Positions 38,138-43,035 of a stretch of DNA of 43,035 nucleotides are shown one piece after another; position 1 is the first letter of the stretch; every line of letters begins with the position of its first letter. Origin of the DNA: Octopus bimaculoides (taxonomy: Eukaryota); the NCBI RefSeq assembly GCF_001194135.2, contig NC_068993.1, positions 24,027,533-24,070,567 on the forward strand, written 5' to 3'. Made by a program: the position numbers and the translations under genes. The notes below the pieces were generated by a model. The model was not told the origin of the DNA. It was given only the letters and a program-made list of their open reading frames with translations, and made no database searches.

Positions 38138-39733
38138 CTAGCAAACGCGCCTGTCCTTTTGACTGTTTAAGCTGTTTGTTTTCGGGTTCAGTCCCACTGC
38201 GTGGCATCTTGGGCAAATGTCTTCTACTAAAGTCTCAGGTCGACCTAAGCCTTCTGAGTGGATTTGGTAGACGGAAACCGAAAGAAGCCCGTCGTATATA
38301 TACGTGTGTGCGTGCTTGTGTGTATGTTTGTGTGTCTGTTTGTGCCCCCACCATCACTTTACAACCGATGTTGGTGTGTTTACGTCCCCGTAACATAGTG
38401 GTTCGGAAAAGAAAACGATAGAATAAGTACTAGACGTACAAAGAATAAGTTCTGCGCTCGATTTGTTCGACTAAAAGTGGTGCCTCAGCATGGCCGCAGT
38501 CAAATGACTGAAACAAATAAAAGAATTTTAAAAAATAAATAATTGAACTACCGAGAAGTTTTATGAGTAGAACAGCAATCTATGTTTCTGATTAACTTCG
38601 GAACAGAAAACCAAAGGCTGGTTATTGCGGAGGTCGTTGCACTTTAATGGTGGTAGAACATATAACTTTGCAAGCGATGCAAAGTAGAGCTACTGAAGTG
38701 TTTTGGGAGTAGATTACAGATAATGACTACAAAATATAGTCGTTTTACATGAAAGCGAAATTTCTTGTCAGAAACAGCCACATAAATGGTGTAAGGAAAT
38801 TGAAGGAAGACGTTAAAACTTCCCCTCTGCAAGTTTATTTTATTCAACAGAAAAGGGAGATATTTTTTCGGAGAAAAGTATAATTAGTACGTTCAAAAAT
38901 GGCAATATAGTACCTACTTGAAAAAGTAGAAGTAAAGGAATATATTTACTACGTGCTTACAGTGTACGACCACTCTGAAATTGACGCCTGGTAACGATAA
39001 ATGAAGACATGAAGAGTTTCACTTTAGTTCACAAATACTGCTTTGAATCTTTAGCAGTTTGTAGTGAAAAGATATTGCAAACGACATATCATAATGGATG
39101 GGTAAATAAGCATCCTTAAAATAAAACAACGCATTGGTAGGTAAACAAAGGTATCAACAAATACAAGAGAGAGAAGGGAACATCACTTTCCAAGTAATTC
39201 AGAATAGCTTGGTAAGCTTGCCAAAGTTTGATGCAGTTTAAATATGAAGATTAAGATTGTTTGGTATTGGATATTCATCGCATATAGTGTTCCTAGTCAG
39301 TTTAATAACCATCGCAGGTGGACAGTCGAAATAAATAAACAGACAAAATCCTTTAACTTTTATAATATTCTCTATCCAAGTAATAATACACAGTTACAAT
39401 ATATAAATAAGAAAATAAATAGATAAAAATGTGAAAACCACTAAAGAGTATTCTGTAATCCCAATATACGTTGACATAGATTTAAAAATTATGGAAGACA
39501 CTACAATCAAAAAAACTATGTACATAAAATGAATTAGAGAAATTCCGTGTAAACCACCATTTTTACCGGTTTGTCCTTTTACTCGGAGGGGGCTCTGGCC
39601 AAAATGTTATAGTCCACGACCATCCTTGGGACATATGTAATGTATGTGTAAAGTTTGATGAAAATCGGTTGAGAATTGTGGAAATCTATGCGTTATTTAA
39701 TACACACACATACTGTGATTTATTTATACTAGA
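38138..39733 (-). mobile_element. candidate non-autonomous Helitron (5' part better supported than the pairing of ends)
   Basis: Minus strand begins A|TCTAGTATAAATAAATC..(GT)..ctcaaccgattttcatcaaactt at 39733, a typical Helitron 5' start. A CTAG|T end with an imperfect nearby hairpin lies at 38138-38165. Confidence 0.35.
38178..38527 (+). mobile_element. SINE family 1, 5' head truncated
   Basis: ttcgggttcagtcccactgcgtggc...gtagacggaaaccgaaagaagcccgtcg (GT-rich)...aataagtactag...gatttgttcgac...gcatggccgcagtcaaatgactgaaacaaataaaagaa. Confidence 0.9.
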
Positions 39734-41257
39734 TATAATGTCTTTTGATTAGTGAAATTTCTGCCCGTCATATGCTCAAGAAAGTGTTTTTGTTATTATT
39801 GTGAGACCCTAGGAAGCTCAGAACACATTATGTAATGCGTATTGCGTACCTCTTTACGGTAAACGGTAGATTGTAGTTTGCTGGGATGTGGTTGTTAGTT
39901 ACATTGATCGAGTAATTCTGTACCTAATTCTTATATATTTGTATATCTATTTAGTTGTCGAAGTCAGGTTCTTCATACAATTTGCCGAAAAAACATTAAT
40001 ACGTGGTAGTAAATATCAGACATACATTGAAAATATATATTTATTATATAATGCACCTAAGTGTATACGAGGATGCGCACATAAAAGTACTACTGTGCTT
40101 GCTTAATCCTTTGATATTCTCGTATCTTATATATGAAATATATTTATACATTCCTATGTAAAACTTATTCATTGATCTCTATTGAAGTTCGTGATATTTA
40201 ATTACGAACAATGTTTTCACAATTAACCGTCAATCAAGTGTCTAGATTTATCTTTAAGGGGTTTGACGGGTCATTAATTGATGGTTTTGGTTCTTTGATC
40301 AGCTGAGCGACGTGATACAGTACACATGATTTAGTACTCTGATCTTATCGTACTTTGTGCTTCTTCCAAATATTTGGCTGAATGTAGCCTAAATATGTAT
40401 TGTTCCGTCTATAAGAATTATTGTGTTTATTTACGATGGAAGCATTAAGGCTGTGAATATATTGCAGAACTGGATAGTAAAAAGTTTATATATGTTTCCA
40501 TTAGAGGATTGAATATTTCACGTCTAATCAAAGGGAAAGCTTGGCTCTATGCGAGATTGCAATTACTGTAATAGCTGGAAGGGATCGTTATTTAAATATC
40601 CATTACTTACAGATTTTCACGTGAATAATTTCGGAAAATGACAAATGTAGTTTAAATAATTGTTTATGTCATGTTTCATGTTTTAACCCAAATAGTTACA
40701 TGAGCATGTTTCCTTTTATATCACATGGAAACATAAAGTTCCACTCCTTCTTAACTGACATCTTAAATCATAAATCGTGTGAATCAAGTATTTCTGGTCT
40801 GTAGAGCCAGAAAACATCTATGTCGGAAAAGAAAAATTAATTCTTTTCTTTCTTTTTTTCTGCATTTTAGTAGAACAAGAATATAAATTTGGAAATATAT
40901 ATTAGTGAACTGCCGCATAAATCTGGATTAAGAATGTTCACAAATACTAGATTTTAAATATATGAATAGAAAACACGTTCTTCTGCCAGAGAGGATCAAT
41001 GAATAACAAAACTTTTGTTTCACTTCATACTCATGCATTTATATGCAAATCGACAAGGAACGTAGAGAGTCAATTCAATACGCAATTGTCTTATATTAAA
41101 AAACACTCAAATAAAGTGTTTCTGAAATTTGCACGGTGTCCACCTTTGTTACAATTGTAGACACATTATTACACGACTAGAGTGTTATTCGTGAAATGAA
41201 AAAAATTATGTGCTTTAATCTCCCAATGTAATAATGAGCGTAGTGTTTTTTTATATA

Positions 41258-41273
41258 TCTGTATATGTGTGTG

Positions 41274-41329
<56 letters not shown>

Positions 41330-41691
41330 TGCGTGTGTGTTTATCCAGAATCACGCCGGTCGCGGGGGAGATAAAATAATAATTCAGTGAAGTAGAAGTA
41401 GTGAGAGTAATAGCCCTGACTGAGAGCGAGTGAAAGAAAGTAATATCAATGAAAGGAAGGGGTGATAGATGAATAAGGGGTGATAAATGAATAAGGGGTG
41501 ATAGATGAATAAGGAAAGAAGGGGTGAAAAAAATCGGCGTTTCATCTCTGTGTGAGTATATATGTGTATATGTGTACAACGGAAGTATGAGAATATTTGT
41601 ATGTGTGATTATTATGTAGCTTATTTTCTAGCTTATTTATATATAAAATACAACAATTAGCCGTCATTATCGACGGCACGTGGTCAGCTAG
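41258..41691 (+). mobile_element. non-autonomous Helitron-like element
   Basis: The 3' end has a perfect hairpin gccgtc-attatc-gacggc (41660-41677) 10 nt before CTAG|T (41688-41692). Probable 5' A|TC at 41258, followed by (GT)n and an internal 18-bp tandem repeat. Confidence 0.65.
41459..41514 (+). repeat. 18-bp minisatellite x3 (ggggtgatagatgaataa)
   Basis: Units at 41459, 41477 and 41495, with one substitution in unit 2. Confidence 0.92.
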
Positions 41692-41974
41692 TAATATAAT
41701 TACATATTATTGCCCTCAGATCATATATCACCTACTACTCTTCGATCACCCTCTCGTTATATCATCAAATGTGGCGGAACGATCGTATTAAAATATTCTA
41801 GAAACCTGTATACCCTAATATGAAATCTAAATATATTACACAAATACAATTCGATCAGTTTCATAAACATTAGCTACCACGAATTTTATTGACGTTACAC
41901 TCGGGCAATCCTCAAAAATCTGTATAGAAGCAGGTACTTTGCATATTTATTGTATATATATAATATGAATAATA

Positions 41975-42010
<36 letters not shown>

Positions 42011-43035
42011 NNNNNNNNNNACGTACATACTTACATGTATACGTATATACATATGCATATGTGGGCACAGGACATCACAAAACGTAAACAACAAAAAATA
42101 CGAAGGACGAGGATATGGAATATGAACTTTTTTTGCGAACAACGAAAGAAACAAATGGAACGAAATGGAAGCAAATGTCGGCTGTTTTTATAATACATTT
42201 GTCAAGATACGCCTTCAATAAAACAATTGCTCCCGCAAAGCAAATTAAATAAATCTTGGGATTTTGCGGAGGGTCAAAATTGTTGACAAAACATGACAGT
42301 GAAATCAAGCAGGAAGGGATGTTCAGCCTAAACGAGGTTGTGATGGCGAACGTGAAAAAACAAGCTTGGACAGAAGATACACAAGAATACGTCCTCCTTG
42401 TCCAGCTGCAACAGTTCAGTAAGGGATTTTTATATGACTTTAGTAAACTTTCATATAATAATATAATTATATTATTATGATAATATGTATTTATGGTCTT
42501 ATATTTTTCAAAAGTTATTCTCTTAATACAGCTACGTAATTTTTAAATTTGATTGAATTTTTAGTACGTCTGATTATAAATGATGAATACAGTGTAATCT
42601 TATCTTAATATATAAATCTGAAATTGTGTGTTTGTGTGAAGTCTTTTTGAATGTTTATAGAAATCCACATTTTTCACTTTTTCGTAAAAATTTTTACATC
42701 AATGGAATTTTTTCGATCTGAACTTTCCAGTGCAGTAATTAGATTTTTTAAATTCCGTTTACTTTGTGTGATTTAAGGGAGATTTGGCTGTTGTTTCTAG
42801 CAACTTTTATATTTCATCCCTGCTACCTGGAACGCCATTCTTACACGCGCGCTCAACATAAAAATATAGAGAGTAAAAGTAAAACAGGGAGAGGGAGAGA
42901 GAGAGAAAGTGATACATACAACGTCATAGATTAAACTTTCATCTCAGTATTCTTTACCTATTTTTCATAACATAGATACGTAAAAACACATACAGCCACA
43001 CATACATGACCTGTGACAACAACATACACATTGCT

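Noticed and set aside
42256-42420. Exon-like stretch GFCGGSKLLTK...QLQQF ending at a|gtaagg
   Set aside because: No recognisable family or clear acceptor; another frame (ILRRVKIVDK) weakly suggests a decayed LINE RT tail. Unresolved.

Overview
AT-rich, microsatellite-dense, gapped (six N runs) animal genomic DNA. The tRNA-derived SINE families and the ORF1-like protein match what I recall from Octopus assemblies, so an octopus origin is an inference, not a database result. I cannot support any intact host gene; the window is almost entirely layered transposon fossils. These are three Penelope-like elements (two Neptune-like, one Naiad-like), two RTE LINE pieces, mariner, hAT-like, Chapaev3-like and possibly Harbinger DNA transposon remnants, Helitron-like elements, MITE-like inverted repeats and at least nine SINE copies. 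Best leads: (1) a complete-looking 2,187-bp retroelement (31112-33298) encoding only a gag/ORF1-like zinc-knuckle protein with no RT or endonuclease, inserted with a perfect 15-bp target-site duplication (TSD) into the tRNA-like head of a SINE; (2) a minimal type I hammerhead ribozyme (35708-35755, minus) downstream of a Penelope element, whose core reads AUGAUUA instead of CUGAUGA, an A3:U8 swap that would preserve the 3-8 tertiary pair; (3) a decayed ~1 kb intronless reading frame of unknown family (33624-34645); (4) a 209-bp near-perfect hairpin and a MITE with identical 64-bp inverted repeats.
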